Both the position numbers and the translations under genes were made by a program. Below, in pieces: positions 1 through 10,955 of a stretch of DNA of 64,000 nucleotides. A model generated the notes under the pieces. It had not been told where the DNA came from and searched no databases. It was given only the letters and a program-made list of their open reading frames with translations. Positions within the stretch are counted from its first letter, which is position 1; each line of letters starts with the position of its first letter. Source of the stretch: Heteronotia binoei (lineage: Eukaryota); contig NC_083229.1 in the NCBI RefSeq assembly GCF_032191835.1, positions 14,012,001 to 14,076,000 of the forward strand, read 5' to 3'.

Positions 1-239
1 ATGGATTGCTGCTTTTCTTAATCAATGTAACTGTTTTGATGGCATTGGGTGAACTTGTGGGATCAGATGAAGGAGCCTAGAAATTGGTGTGTTGATGAGA
101 ACATGCTACATCAATTTTGACAATTGAGTTTAGATTGCCACCTTGGAGCCAGGACCTTAGATTTCATCTCATTTGGAGGACTGATCATCAAAGACATGAA
201 GACGACCTGCTGCATCCTGCCATCATGGAGAGCACTTCA

Positions 240-782
240 TAATCATAGAATCATAGAGTTGGAAGGGACCTCCAGGGTCATCTAGTCCAACCCCCTGCAC
301 AATGCAGTAAACTCACAAATACCTCCCCCTGAATTCACAGGATCTTCATCGCTTTCAGATGGCCATCTAGCCTCTGTTGAAAAACCTCTAAGAAAGGAGA
401 GCCCACCACCTCCCGAGGAAGCCTGTTCCACTGAGGAACCGCTCTGTCAGTAAGTTCTTCCTAATGTTGAGTAGGAAACTCTTTTAATTTAGCCAGAAAC
501 TCTTTTTATTTAATTTCAACCCATTGGTTCTGGTCCTACCTTCTGGGGCCACAGAAAACAATTCCACACCATCCTCTATAGAACAGCCCTTCAAGCAGTT
601 GAAGATGGTGATCATATCACCTCTCAGCCGCCTCCTCTCCAGGCTAAACATCCCCAGCTCCTTCAACCTTTCCTCATAGGACTTGGTCTCCAGACCCCTC
701 ACCACCTTCGTTGCTGTCCTCTGGACCCATTCCAACTTGTCTATATCCTTCTTAAAATGTGGTGCCCAAAACTGAACTAGTG
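240..782 (-). mobile_element. CR1 LINE, 5'-truncated 3' end (ORF2 C-terminus + 3'UTR)
   Basis: ORF 484..735(-) [31 protein letters not shown] is the typical CR1 ORF2 C-terminus; ATCATAGA-type repeats at 240-258 are the reverse complement of the CR1 terminal octamer repeat. Confidence 0.9.
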
Positions 783-1057
783 TTTTATAGTTGTTTTAAT
801 GGCTTTATTGTTTTAGCTGATGGCAGTTGGCCTTGTAAGCTGCCCTGAACCTGCTCTGGTAGGGAGGGTGGGATAGAAACAAACAAATAATCAGGTTCCC
901 TTTGGCAGTTTACGTCCACAATTCTATACAGAAGTACTTTTTTTTGAACCCTAGCCTGAAATGTCTTTAGAAGTGTTCCAGAACTGACTACTGACTGTGG
1001 AGAATGCCAAAAGTTCCCAAGATACAAGTGCACATCGAAGAAAATCAGTCTCATGAT

Positions 1058-1250
1058 CAATGTTCCCTCTAAGCTGAATTAGTGTGAGCTAGTTCAGTTT
1101 TTTAGCCTCCAGCTCACACATTTTTTGTCTTAATTCAGGAAAAATGGCCCCAGGACAAACTAATTGATGCAGAAGCTCACCATTTTAATGCAGGTCACTC
1201 ACAAAGTAGAATTTTTGCCCAGAAGACTCCATAGTTTAGAGGGAACATTG
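1058..1250. mobile_element. hAT-type MITE
   Basis: TIRs CAATGTTCCCTCTAA / TTAGAGGGAACATTG; 8-bp TSD CTCATGAT (1050-1057) / CTCGTGAT (1251-1258), 7/8 match. Confidence 0.85.
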
Positions 1251-1294
1251 CTCGTGATGGATAAGAAAAGCTCTTGTTTTGGCTCACTGGGACA

Positions 1295-1741
1295 TGTTAT
1301 GGGTCTGGCGTGTCCTGTCTCTTGGGAGCCAAAGTAAACCATGAATAAGGGAACAATTAAGTTCATGCCTCAGTCTCCACCTCTAGGCAGTGGGTGTCAA
1401 GCATGGTAGAATTCCATTGGTAATTGATTGTTTTAGGGTCCTCCATAAAGCTAGCCTGTGAAATATCATGAAGGACCAAGGTCTGTTAACTCTGTTATTC
1501 TTTCCCCCTCCCCCTTCTTGCTTTATTGCTTGCAAATTAGAAGTAGAGAGAAACAAAACTAACTTGAGAAAGAGTAATCAGTACCTTCCCATACATTCCT
1601 GTTAGGGAGTGTGGCACATCTAGGGAAAGCAAGGACGGAGTCCTGATAACAGCATGAGAATGTAGACATTTATGTTGTAATAGATGTTGTAAGCCGCCCT
1701 GAGTCCGCTTGCAGAGAGGGCGGGATATAAATGGAAAGTAA

Positions 1742-1772
<31 letters not shown>

Positions 1773-1967
1773 ATTATGATAGTTTATGTGTGAGAGCGCA
1801 TCCCTCGCCCCCACCTTTTGGAATCCTTTTGAAGTATGCCTTAAAAGTATTGTATCAATGTATCTTTAGTATCACTCTCAAGAATCTGTTACACTGAAAG
1901 TATCGGTCTATTAATAAACGTAATTTTGTATCAAACTTGACTCGTCATTGAAACCGCATGCTTGACA
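1295..1967 (+). mobile_element. Possible solo LTR, interrupted by a LINE/SINE tail
   Basis: Starts TGTTA and ends TGACA, with AATAAA near the 3' end (~1913). No matching TSD found, so weak. Confidence 0.3.
1676..1775 (+). repeat. Retroposon 3' tail with (AAAT)n microsatellite
   Basis: GTAAGCCGCCCTGAG...GCGGGATATAAAT followed by about 8 AAAT units (1739-1773). Confidence 0.75.
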
Positions 1968-2332
1968 GTGGGGTGCCACAATATCTGCCCAAAGCAAATG
2001 CAGAATAATCCAAGAGAAAGTTCTGGTTTTCTTATCAAAGTTGCATTTTCTTCTCAAACAGCCTTTTCTCTTAAGACCAATAGTAGCCCTTTTCTGTTTT
2101 AAGTAGGCTTTCAGACCTCTCACTAGGCCAGGGGTGGCCAATGGTAGCGCTCCAGATTTTTTTGCCTACAACTCCCATCAGCCCCAGCCAGCATGGCAAA
2201 TTAACATTTTGGTGCTATGACTAAGGTCTTCTATAAAATTCAGTGACTAAAACATATCCAGCGAGACTTTCTTGGCTCAGTATTAAGTGAAGGCTATTTT
2301 AAAGAGGTAGGTCTTGCAGGCCCTGCGGAATT

Positions 2333-2644
2333 TTAACCATCGTCTTACTCGCTCTCCTTTTCTACATAATCTTTGCTTTCCCCCCAGATGCTATTTTGAC
2401 ATTTGCGTATTTTCTTCATTTGGAAATGGACTGTCTAGTAATATGCGGCCCCTTATGTGCCAGTCTGAATAGCTGCGTCAACCCAGTGATCTATTTTGCG
2501 GTTGGGAGAAAGAAGAGGGGTCAGCAAAGGCAGAGCCTGAAGGTCATCCTCCAAAGGGCTTTCGAGGAGAAGGAAGAGCACAGAGAGGATCGGGGCACCC
2601 CAGCTCAGACATCAATAGCCAAATGTTTCCTCCTTTGCCAATGA
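2333..2644 (+). pseudogene. MAS1/MRGPR-like GPCR remnant (TM6-TM7-C-tail only)
   Basis: In-frame LTIVLLALLFYIIFAFPPDAILTF...NSCVNPVIYFAVGRKKRGQQRQSLKVILQRAFEE, homologous to the intact paralogs. The sequence 5' of 2333 is repeat-derived and no TM1-TM5 is present in 1-2330. Confidence 0.9.
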
Positions 2645-3284
2645 AGTGGTAGATGTGAAGATTTCCACATAAGGTTTTGTTTAAAAAGATTGGTCACCTA
2701 GTTTTGAGTTGCTGTAAAATATCCCTGATCTATAAATTGACCCCTTGCGGCTTCTGATGAAGGATATGACATGCTCCAGCCTATGTGAGTAGAACGTGAC
2801 CCCAAGAGCTTCTCCTTGCCAGGAGACATAAGGTCCAGAGCGTCTTTCTTTCACTGTGAATAACCCAGCCAGAGGTCGAGTGAGGATCTTTTTTTGTATA
2901 AAGCCTGTCAATTATGGTCAGGATTTTTAATCCAGTGCAGATTTGATCCTAGATTGGCCCAGTGAAAGCTTCTATACCTGAACAAAAACAGATTTCAGAC
3001 TCTCTGGAGTTTGCCTTCAGAAACTGTGCCTCAGAAATTGTAGCACAGGCTGATTCTCGAGCATCCCACGGGGAACGTCTAACCACGAGTAGCTGTAAGC
3101 ACTGGAAAGCAACCTTTAATTATTGAAAAAAAATGGTTCATTGGGAGGGGGGGGTGTGTGTGCAACTTGTCCAAATGGATTTTTATGACTGAAAGACTTC
3201 TCCCAAAACCAAGTAAGAACCACAGTTTGAAATTATTGGTAAACGGCAAAAAGTGGTGTAGCACAATAACAATGACGACAGCAA

Positions 3285-3461
3285 TTTCTGTATCCATAAG
3301 ACGCACTTGACCATAAGACGCACCTAGTTTTTAGAGGCGTTTGTGTTAATTTAGAGGCATTTGTGTGAATTTTTTGCAGTATTCGCTCCTTAAGATGCAC
3401 ACACTTCCCCCCCCTTTTTTTGGGGGGGGGAAGTGAGTCTTATGGAGCAAAAAATACAGTA
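3285..3461. mobile_element. Tc1/mariner (Tigger/pogo-like) MITE, degraded left end
   Basis: TCCATAAGACGCAC at left (repeated) and GTGAGTCTTATGGAGCAAAAAATACAGTA at right form imperfect TIRs ending in TA. Confidence 0.6.
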
Positions 3462-3649
3462 AGTCCATACTTTAGTCTCCACCTACTGTAAGCTTTTGGA
3501 AGATTGGCTACATCAGGGGGGTGTAGCCTAATATGCAAAGGCATTCCTGCTGCAAAAAAAAGCCCTGCTAATAAGCATCTGACATGCTTTCATGCTTGCA
3601 ACCATATAAGTGAATCCACTGTGCCTAATATTTTATGCTTCCTCTCTCC

Positions 3650-3930
3650 AGAGTGTGTCTTTTACTCAGGATTGCTTTAGAAATGCATGGTAGACTCAAA
3701 TTTTAATTGCTTGTTCTTATGGATTGTCTATTTATTTGTTCACATAGTGCATATTATTTTCTGTGCTGATGGTTTTGTATCCATGCTTTTTCATATGCAT
3801 CTTTATTTCACATATCTGATTCAGTTTTGCAGTTTGCTTTTGCAGGGTATTGGTCACAAACACTTTCCAATAAATTGCTTAATTCATGTCAGTGACATTT
3901 TGGACTCATTTGTGTCTTCCTGCTGACGGG
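3650..3930 (+). terminator. Conserved downstream module of the receptor unit with AATAAA (3869-3874)
   Basis: Homologous blocks (GATGGTTTTGTATCCATGCTTTTTCAT...GATTCAGTTTTG) recur after the genes at ~29237, ~38586 and ~54107, each with AATAAA at the same position (29337, 38688, 54209). The function is inferred. Confidence 0.5.
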
Positions 3931-4009
3931 CAAGTACCCAACGGGGTGGAAGGAAACCACACGGAAAGAGACCTTGTCTTTAACATCACCAAATCAACAA
4001 GGGTGATGA

Positions 4010-4405
4010 ACATAATAACATAAGAGAAGCCATGTTGGATCAGGCCAATGGCCCATCCAGTCCAACACTCTGTGTCACACATTGGTCAAAAAAAATTATA
4101 TATACATATACATATATATACATATATACATATATACATATATATATATATATAGTTAGATAGATAGATACACACACACACCGGGGCTAATAGCCACTGA
4201 TGGACCTCTGCTCCATATTTTTATCTAACCCCCTCTTGAAGCTGGCTATGCTTGTAGCCGCCACCACCTCCTGTGGCAGTGAATTCCACATGTTAATCAC
4301 CCTTTGGGTGAAGAAGTACTTCCTTTTATCCGTTTTAACCCGACTGCCCAGCAATTTCATTGAATGCTCACGAGTTCTTGTATTGTGAGAAAGGGAGAAA
4401 AGTAC
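4010..4405 (-). mobile_element. CR1 LINE 3' end (second subfamily) containing a TA-rich microsatellite
   Basis: ORF 4187..4438(-) KYFFTQRVINMWNSLPQEVVAATSIASFKRGLDK is a CR1 C-terminal motif; AACATAAGA tail; (TA/TACATA)n at ~4094-4175. Confidence 0.85.
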
Positions 4406-5559
4406 TAATGTGCAATTAATTGCATCTCCTGGATTCACCCCAAATCAGTGTCCCAATGAATCCTTGTCCCATGAAAGCACTCCAGGCAAGGGTTTATACT
4501 GTAATGTTTTGAGATCCCTCACACAAAGTCCATGATAAGCAGACATTTTTAGAACAATAGTTTGGTTATTCTGTGCTATGCTGTCCGTCCTACTTAAATG
4601 TGTGAAGCTATCATACTGGAGCATTGTGTGTGTGTGGGGGGGGGGAGATGATCTCGCAGATATGAGGGTCCAAGGCCATGAAAGGCTGTAGATTGGATAC
4701 AGTACTTTAAATCGAGGTCAGTAAGTGGTAGGCAGCCAATGGAGTTACTGGGAATAATATAGCTGCTCCATCTGGTTGTCTTGACAGCCTAAGTTGATCA
4801 AAGTAGCTATGAGGGCTGCCAAGCCCCCAGCCCAGGCTGGGGTTCTCCCGCCCTGGAGGTTCCCAACCCGCCGGCCCACATTGGGCCAGTGGGGGGAACC
4901 TCCCTGACATCACTGGTGCAATGATGTCACCCGGAAGTTATGTGATCATGCCAGCGATGTCGCGTGCTATCCGCTCTAGGCATTTCTGGGAACACTCTAT
5001 GGTTTTTCCAGATGCTCTAGCAATTTGGGAGGGAAAACTCTACAGAGCCCGCAGGGAACTAGGCGACTGTAGTAGCTCTCTGCATTTTTATGGCTCAAGA
5101 AACACTGCGAACATTCCAGGGGGGGGGGTGGTGGAGCAGAAAATGAATTGAACATATTAAAAAAATACAATTTTTGCAGGAGCACTGGGATCCCACAGGT
5201 TACTCCCAATTGTATTGATCTAACCCCCAGTCAGTCTGGGGGAACGCTAAAGCTCTCTTGTGTAAAACTGATTCTTGGGGAAGCAACAGAAAACAAGGCA
5301 CTAGATTTTTAACAGTTCTTCCGATGGAGAGATAAGGAAAAGGCTTACAACACACTGTCATGCTGAAATGTTGGGTTGGGAGTCTAGGGCCACCTACTTC
5401 TCCAGGGTTATTATAAGAAGGGCTTGTCCTGGGGGGAAAAGCCTCAGAAAAGAGCAAGCGGGGACAGTTACAACACCTTGTTCCTGGTCCCACCAATAAC
5501 CTCTCCCTGGCTACATGAGTTAGAATCTGTCCTTTCCTCCCTAGATCTCCCTGGGTGCA

Positions 5560-6600
5560 GCTTTTAATGGACTGCCTGAGGGTGGGACAACTCGGATTTC
5601 ATCCATTCCCTCTATCCTGGGGAATGGGCCTATGGAAATGGCTGTCTGCCTGAGATCACCATTAGCCTGCCCCCCATGGCCCAAGGAAGAAGAAGATTGT
5701 AGATTTATACCACACACTTCTCTCTGAATCAGAGTCTCAGAGCCGCTTACAACCTCCTTTACCTTCCTCCCCCGCAACAGATAGAAGAAGAAGAAGAAGA
5801 AGAAGAAGAAGAAGAAGATATTGGATTTATATCCCGCTCTCCACTCCGAAGAGTCTCAGAGCGGCTCACAATCTCCTTTACCTTCCTCCCCCACAACAGA
5901 CACCCTGTGAGGTGGGTGGGGCTGAAGAGGGCTCTTCAGCTGCCCTTTCAAGGACAACTCCTGCGAGAGCTATGGCTGATCCAAGGTCATTCCAGCAGTT
6001 GCAAGTGGAGGAGTGGGGAATCAAACCCGGTTCTCCCAGATAAGAGTCCACACACTTAACCGCTACACCAAACTAGCGTACAGCCTATTTCCTTCTCTTG
6101 TTGCCTCGTGCCTCTGCTGCTGGCAAGTCCGAGGGTTGCCCAGTGTTTCTGGGCCTCATAGCAAGCTGGAAAGCTGGAAAACAGAATCATGTTGAGTTTC
6201 TGAGGTCCCGCTCCCCCAGACACTTCCCTTGGCACAGTCTGGAGGTCATGGTCTCCTCAAAGGTGTGTGCAGGGCCAAGTAGCCTGACCCTGGACACATT
6301 TATTTGGTAAATGAAACCTAAAATTCTATTTCTCTAGAAACTGCCCCTGATGTTAATGTCACATTGTGAGAATTCAGGAACTCAGAGTAGAAAGATAACC
6401 ACACCATTGATGGTAATCATCTTCTAAGAAAAATGAAGGGAAATAAGAAGCCTGCGCATCTTGCTCATTGTTCGTCTCCATCTCCGCGCCCTGAAGGTCT
6501 ACTTGTAAAGCTTCCTAGAAGGACACTTTTAAAGCTTTGGAGTCATCTTTGAAATGTTGACATCGGAGCCATTCCAGATGAGGCAAGTGTGAGATAGCTG
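5560..6600 (+). promoter_or_regulatory. Upstream module (promoter + candidate non-coding exons) of the 8148 pseudogene, degenerate
   Basis: Homologous to 13390-14130. Donor positions have decayed (CAAGTAG ~6277, GAGGCAAG ~6580). Confidence 0.5.
5783..6076 (-). mobile_element. Squam3-like tRNA-SINE with (GAA)n tail
   Basis: Reverse complement of the CCAGTTTGGTGTAGTGGTTAAG...GGATATAAATCCAATATCTTCTTC family seen many times in the window; a partial extra copy lies at 5690-5780. Confidence 0.8.
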
Positions 6601-6795
6601 GACTTGTTTTTAATGCATTGGGTTACACATAGAGGTGAATGACACGGGGTGCTGAATCAAATTTCTGTTCCATAAGGTCAGTGCTGTTGACTCAGGTGGG
6701 CTGTGGCTCTCCATGGTCACAGTCTGAAGTCTATCACGTCACCTACTATCTGATACAGACTGAGGTCTATCGCATCACCTACTATCTGAGATGAA

Positions 6796-7058
6796 GAGGA
6801 AGAAGAAGATATTGATTTATATCCCGCCCTCCACTCCGAAGAATCTCAGAGCGGCTCACAATCTCCTTTACCTTCCTCCCCCACAACAAACACCCTGTGA
6901 GGTGGGTGGGGCTGAGAGAGCTTTCCCAGAAGCTGCCCTTTCAAGGACAACCTCTGCCAGAGCTATGGCTGACCTAAGACCATTCCAGCAGCTGCAAGTG
7001 GAGGAGTGGGGAATCAAGCCCGGTCCTCCCAAATAAGAGTCCGCATTACATCAAACTA
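6796..7058 (-). mobile_element. Squam3-like SINE nested inside an older tRNA-SINE (6650-7165)
   Basis: Same family consensus as 5783-6076; the flanks are the two halves of a minus-strand GCTCAGTGGTAGAGCATCTGC-type SINE. Confidence 0.75.
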
Positions 7059-7570
7059 GACTGAGGTTTATTGCATCACCTACTATCTGGAGATGCTGGG
7101 GATTGAACTGGGAACCTTCTGCTCGTCATGCAGATGCTCTACCACTGAGTCACAATCCCTCCCTTTGATTTTGGACCCACATTTTGTATGCTGAACAAAA
7201 CGTGAGCACAAAGTTCCCAAATAACAATGGATCAGTCTGTAATCCCAAAGCGATTCTCTACAGCTATTAGGAACATGACTTCAGAGTCTTGTTTGAAGGG
7301 TTCGACTTGCAGCAAATGGAATTGTTATTTAATATCTTGGCTTACAAAGATCCCAGACAATTCCATACCAACTGGTTGTGCTGAATTAATTCTGGAAATG
7401 TCTTGTACCTTTAGAATACAAACACTTACCCTTATTTTGCTGAAATGTGGGACATTGGCCTTTTGGATGAAGTGTACAATCCCTGAGAATGCAATCCTGA
7501 TCGATTGAGATGGAAAATCTGATGGCATGCAAGCAAATAAAGACTTCCTGTGAAATTTCCTGCCTATATG

Positions 7571-7845
7571 GAGAGCCGGTTTGGTGTAGTGGTTAAGTGT
7601 GCAGACTCTTATCTGGGAGGACTGGGTTTGATTCCCCACTCCTCCACTTGCACCTGCTAGCATGGCCTTGGGTCAGCCATAGCTCTGGCAGAGGTTGTCC
7701 TTGAAAGGGCAGCTGCTGGGAGAGTCCTCTCCAGCCCCACCCACCTCACAGGGTGACTGTTGTGGGGGAGGAAGGTAAAGGAGATTGTGAGCCGCTCTGA
7801 GACTCTTCGGAGTGGAGGGCGGGATATAAATCCAATATCTTCTTC
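7571..7845 (+). mobile_element. Squam3-like SINE, full length
   Basis: GGAGAGCCGGTTTGGTGTAGTGGTTAAG head ... GCGGGATATAAATCCAATATCTTCTTC tail. Confidence 0.8.
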
Positions 7846-8147
7846 TATATGTTTGTGTATAAGATCTTTCTGTCCTGGAAATAGCTTGTCACTTTGAATA
7901 CAAGAGACGGGTGTTTGACCAGTTGTTAGACTCCCCCCCTCTTTTTTAACAAAAAGTTTCACTTAATTTTTGTTCAGGCATATCAATGGATTTTGGCAAT
8001 AATTCCATTCACAAAGAGAGCAAAATAAGGCAAAACATTAAGCTGTTTTTTTTTCTTTGATCATCTACTTGGAAGAAGACCATACCTCTTTTATCTCATT
8101 TCTCCAATTAGGACTGGTTATAAAAGAAAAAGGAGAGATTGCTTCCA

Positions 8148-9036
8148 ATGACCAATTTCAGAGAGACATCCCTGTCTCCTGCGGAAGATGGACCACAGTA
8201 TGTTCATATGCACAATATCAGTTCCAGTGGTAGACCAGAACAGTACTTGGATGGCCGTGGCATTATTGTTGTTTTTGTATTTTGCATTTGCATCATTGGA
8301 CTTGTGGGGAATGGAATTGTCATCTACCTTCTCGGTTTCCAGATTAAAAGGAGTCCTTTCACTACGTACATCCTGAACTTGGCTATCGCTGACTTTGGGG
8401 TCCTTCTGTTTTTGGGTCTGAATTTCCTTTCCTTTCTCACCGAGGTAGAAGGGTTTTTTGCAATCTCTCTCATGGCTGCCCTGCTCATGTATACTGCGAG
8501 TCAACTTGTACTGACCGCCAATCAGCATCGACAGGTGTGTGTCTGTCCTCTTCCCCATCTGGCATCGACGCCACCGTCCACCAGACCTGTCCCCCATGGT
8601 GTGTGCCCTAATATGGGTTTTCTCCTTCCTAACCTCGGGAAGTCTAGCAACTCTTGACCATTTTGGACACCCTTGGATAGACTGGACAGCTTTCTTTCCA
8701 TTTATTGCAGCTGCTGTGCTTTGCCTCCCTCAGCTTCGGAGAAGAAGGCTGCTATCCATAGTATTGTTAACTCTCCTTTTCTACCTAATCTTTGCTTTCC
8801 CCCTGGTTATTTGGACGTTCGAATATTTTACATCTTTTAAAAGTGACTATCTAATATTATATGGCTTCTTCTGTGCCTGTCTGAATAGCGGTGTCAACCC
8901 AGTGATCTATTTCACGGTTGGGAGAAAGAAGAAGGTTCAACAAAGGCAGAGCCTGAAGGTCATACTCCAAAAGGCTTTCAAGGAGAAGGAAGAGCAGAGA
9001 GAGGAAGGGGGCACCACACTGGAGATGTCGCTATGA
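8148..9036 (+). pseudogene. MAS1/MRGPR-like GPCR pseudogene
   Basis: ATG 8148 (MTNF), splice acceptor AG 8110-8111. A +1 A at 8520/8521 (ACCGCCAATCAGC vs ACCGCCATCAGC in paralogs) shifts the frame just before IDRC. About 18 codons of TM5/ICL3 are also deleted (VLCLP|QLRRRR). TM7 NSGVNPVIYF is retained. Confidence 0.9.
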
Positions 9037-9408
9037 CTCCTTCACAATAGCCAAATGCTTTCTGCTTTGCCAATCAAGTTGTAATTTGAAGTTGTTTCTA
9101 TGCCATTAAAGGTTTTTGGCATTGGAATTGGAACTGTATATGTAAAGATTTCCACATAATATTTTGTTTAAAATATTGATAACCTGGTTTTTGGTTCCTG
9201 TGAGGTTACAAATGTTCCTGATCTATGCATTGACCGTCTGCTGACCTTCCAATAGGAAACTTGTAAAAATGAGCCCCAGTCTCTGTCCTAAAGGTAAAAG
9301 TTTCTATAGGGCAAGGCTTTTTTGGCACACACAAAAAAATTCCAGCAGGAGCTCATTTGCATATTAGGCCACACCCCCTGACACCAAGCCAGACGGAACT
9401 GCGTTCCT

Positions 9409-9688
9409 GCCAGTTTGGTGTAGCGGTTAAGTGTGCGGACTCTTATCTGGGAGAACCGGGTTTGATTCCCCACTCCTCCACTTGCACCTGCTGGAATGGC
9501 CTTGGGTCAGCCATAGCTCTGGCAGAGGTTGTCCTTGAAAGGGCAGCTGCTTTGAGAGCCCTCTCCAACCCCACCCACCTCACAGGGTGTCTGTTGTGGG
9601 GGAGGAAGATAAAGGAGATTGTGAGCCGCACTGAGACTCTTTGGAGTGGAGGGTGGGATATAAATCCAATATCTTCTTCTTCTTCTTC
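9409..9688 (+). mobile_element. Squam3-like SINE inserted after a MITE fragment (9315-9408)
   Basis: CCAGTTTGGTGTAGCGGTTAAG head and CTT-repeat tail. Confidence 0.8.
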
Positions 9689-10179
9689 TGCTCAAAAACG
9701 TTCTAGGTCAGCTAAAGAATGGCAAAGCTTCTGGATTAGATACAATCCCCTCAGAATTACTTAACGCAAATAAGAATTGGTGGGCTACCCTGCTAGCCTC
9801 TCCGTTCACCTTTATTGGCAAAACTGGTTTTAGCCCCAAATATTGGGATATGGTCATTGTTGTTCCCCTCTAAATGAAGGGGGGAGGGGAGGATCCGTCC
9901 AATTACAGACCAATCAATCTTTTCAGTACAATTAGTAAGTTGTATTCTAAGCATCCGCTTAAAAAATTCTTGGACTGGTTGGAATAGGAAAATATTCTAG
10001 TGGAAGATCAATGAGGTTTAGAACTGGCAGGCCTACACTAGACCAATTTGTGTTTCAAAACAAGATAAATTTATTGAGAGATCCCAAGCTGTGCGTAGCG
10101 TTGTAAAAAGAAGTAATGTCAAACGAAATGATTCAGCATGTAAGAAAATTCTACCGCGCACGGAGAAGTTATGACACAG

Positions 10180-10327
10180 CAGGGGTCGTTTTGTAGAAAA
10201 ATAGGCGGTGGAGCTCATCCGGGGATTGTTATGCAGCTGCACATACTATTCAATGGACAAGGAGGTGGGACTCTCAGAAAGGTTCAGGAGCTGCTCTCCT
10301 GTGAGCTCCCACTGAATCCGAGGCCTG
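10180..10327. mobile_element. hAT-like MITE (CAGGGGTC...GAGGCCTG family)
   Basis: Second copy at 17578-17714. Flanking 8-mers TGACACAG / CGATGCAG are reconcilable with one CGACGCAG TSD by CpG decay. Confidence 0.65.
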
Positions 10328-10691
10328 CGATGCAGTATGCATAACTAGAAATAACATAGAACACTTTATATAGAAACACTAGACCACTGTTTGATGCTAC
10401 AATATCTCATTGAAAAATACAGTGCTGGAGTACAAACATCACTCTATGCTGTATTTATAGATCTAAAAGCAGTTTTTGACATAGTTTCAAGAATTAGGTT
10501 GGGGGGGAAAAACTGCCAGCTTCCACAACTGATAAATGACTGCTATTCCATATCCAGGCCATCCATGAACAAACCGTCCTTAGAGTTAGGTGTCGTCGGT
10601 TAGAGTAAACTTTCAATGGAGTCAGGCAGGGTTGTCTCTTAGCCCCCTTTTTGCTTCTCCTTTATATCAACAGCTTGGCAAGAAAAAAATT

Positions 10692-10955
10692 GTACTGCAG
10701 TCCTAAGCTCTGCTCACGACCTGAGTCCGATCCCAGCGGAAGCTGGGTTCAGGTAGCTGACTCCAGGTTGACTCAGCCTTCCATCCTTCTGAAGTTGGTA
10801 AAATGAGTCCCCAGCTTGCTGGGGGATAAAGTGTAGATGACTGGGGAAGGCAATGGCAAGCCACCCTCTAAAAAGTCTGCCGTGAAAATGTTGCAAAAGC
10901 CACGTCACCCCAGAGTCGGAAATGACTGGTGCTTGCACAGGGAACTACCTTTACC
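10692..10955 (+). mobile_element. Sauria-like SINE (RTE/BovB-related 3' tail)
   Basis: GTTGACTCAGCCTTCCATCC...GGGGAAGGCAATGGCAAG...GTCACCCCAGAGTCGGAAATGACTGGTGCTTGCACAGGG, same family as 18362, 22884 and 23358. Confidence 0.8.

Noticed and set aside
1-239. Possible 5' part of the 2333 receptor remnant
   Set aside because: No TM1-TM5 motifs (GLVGNG, NLAVADF, IDRC) are recognisable in 1-2330 on the + strand.
9350-9370. Octamer ATTTGCAT motifs suggesting Ig- or snRNA-type promoters (also ~3530, 12240, 33140)
   Set aside because: They all lie within one multi-copy MITE-like family (GCATATTAGGCCACACCCC), so they are repeat-borne.
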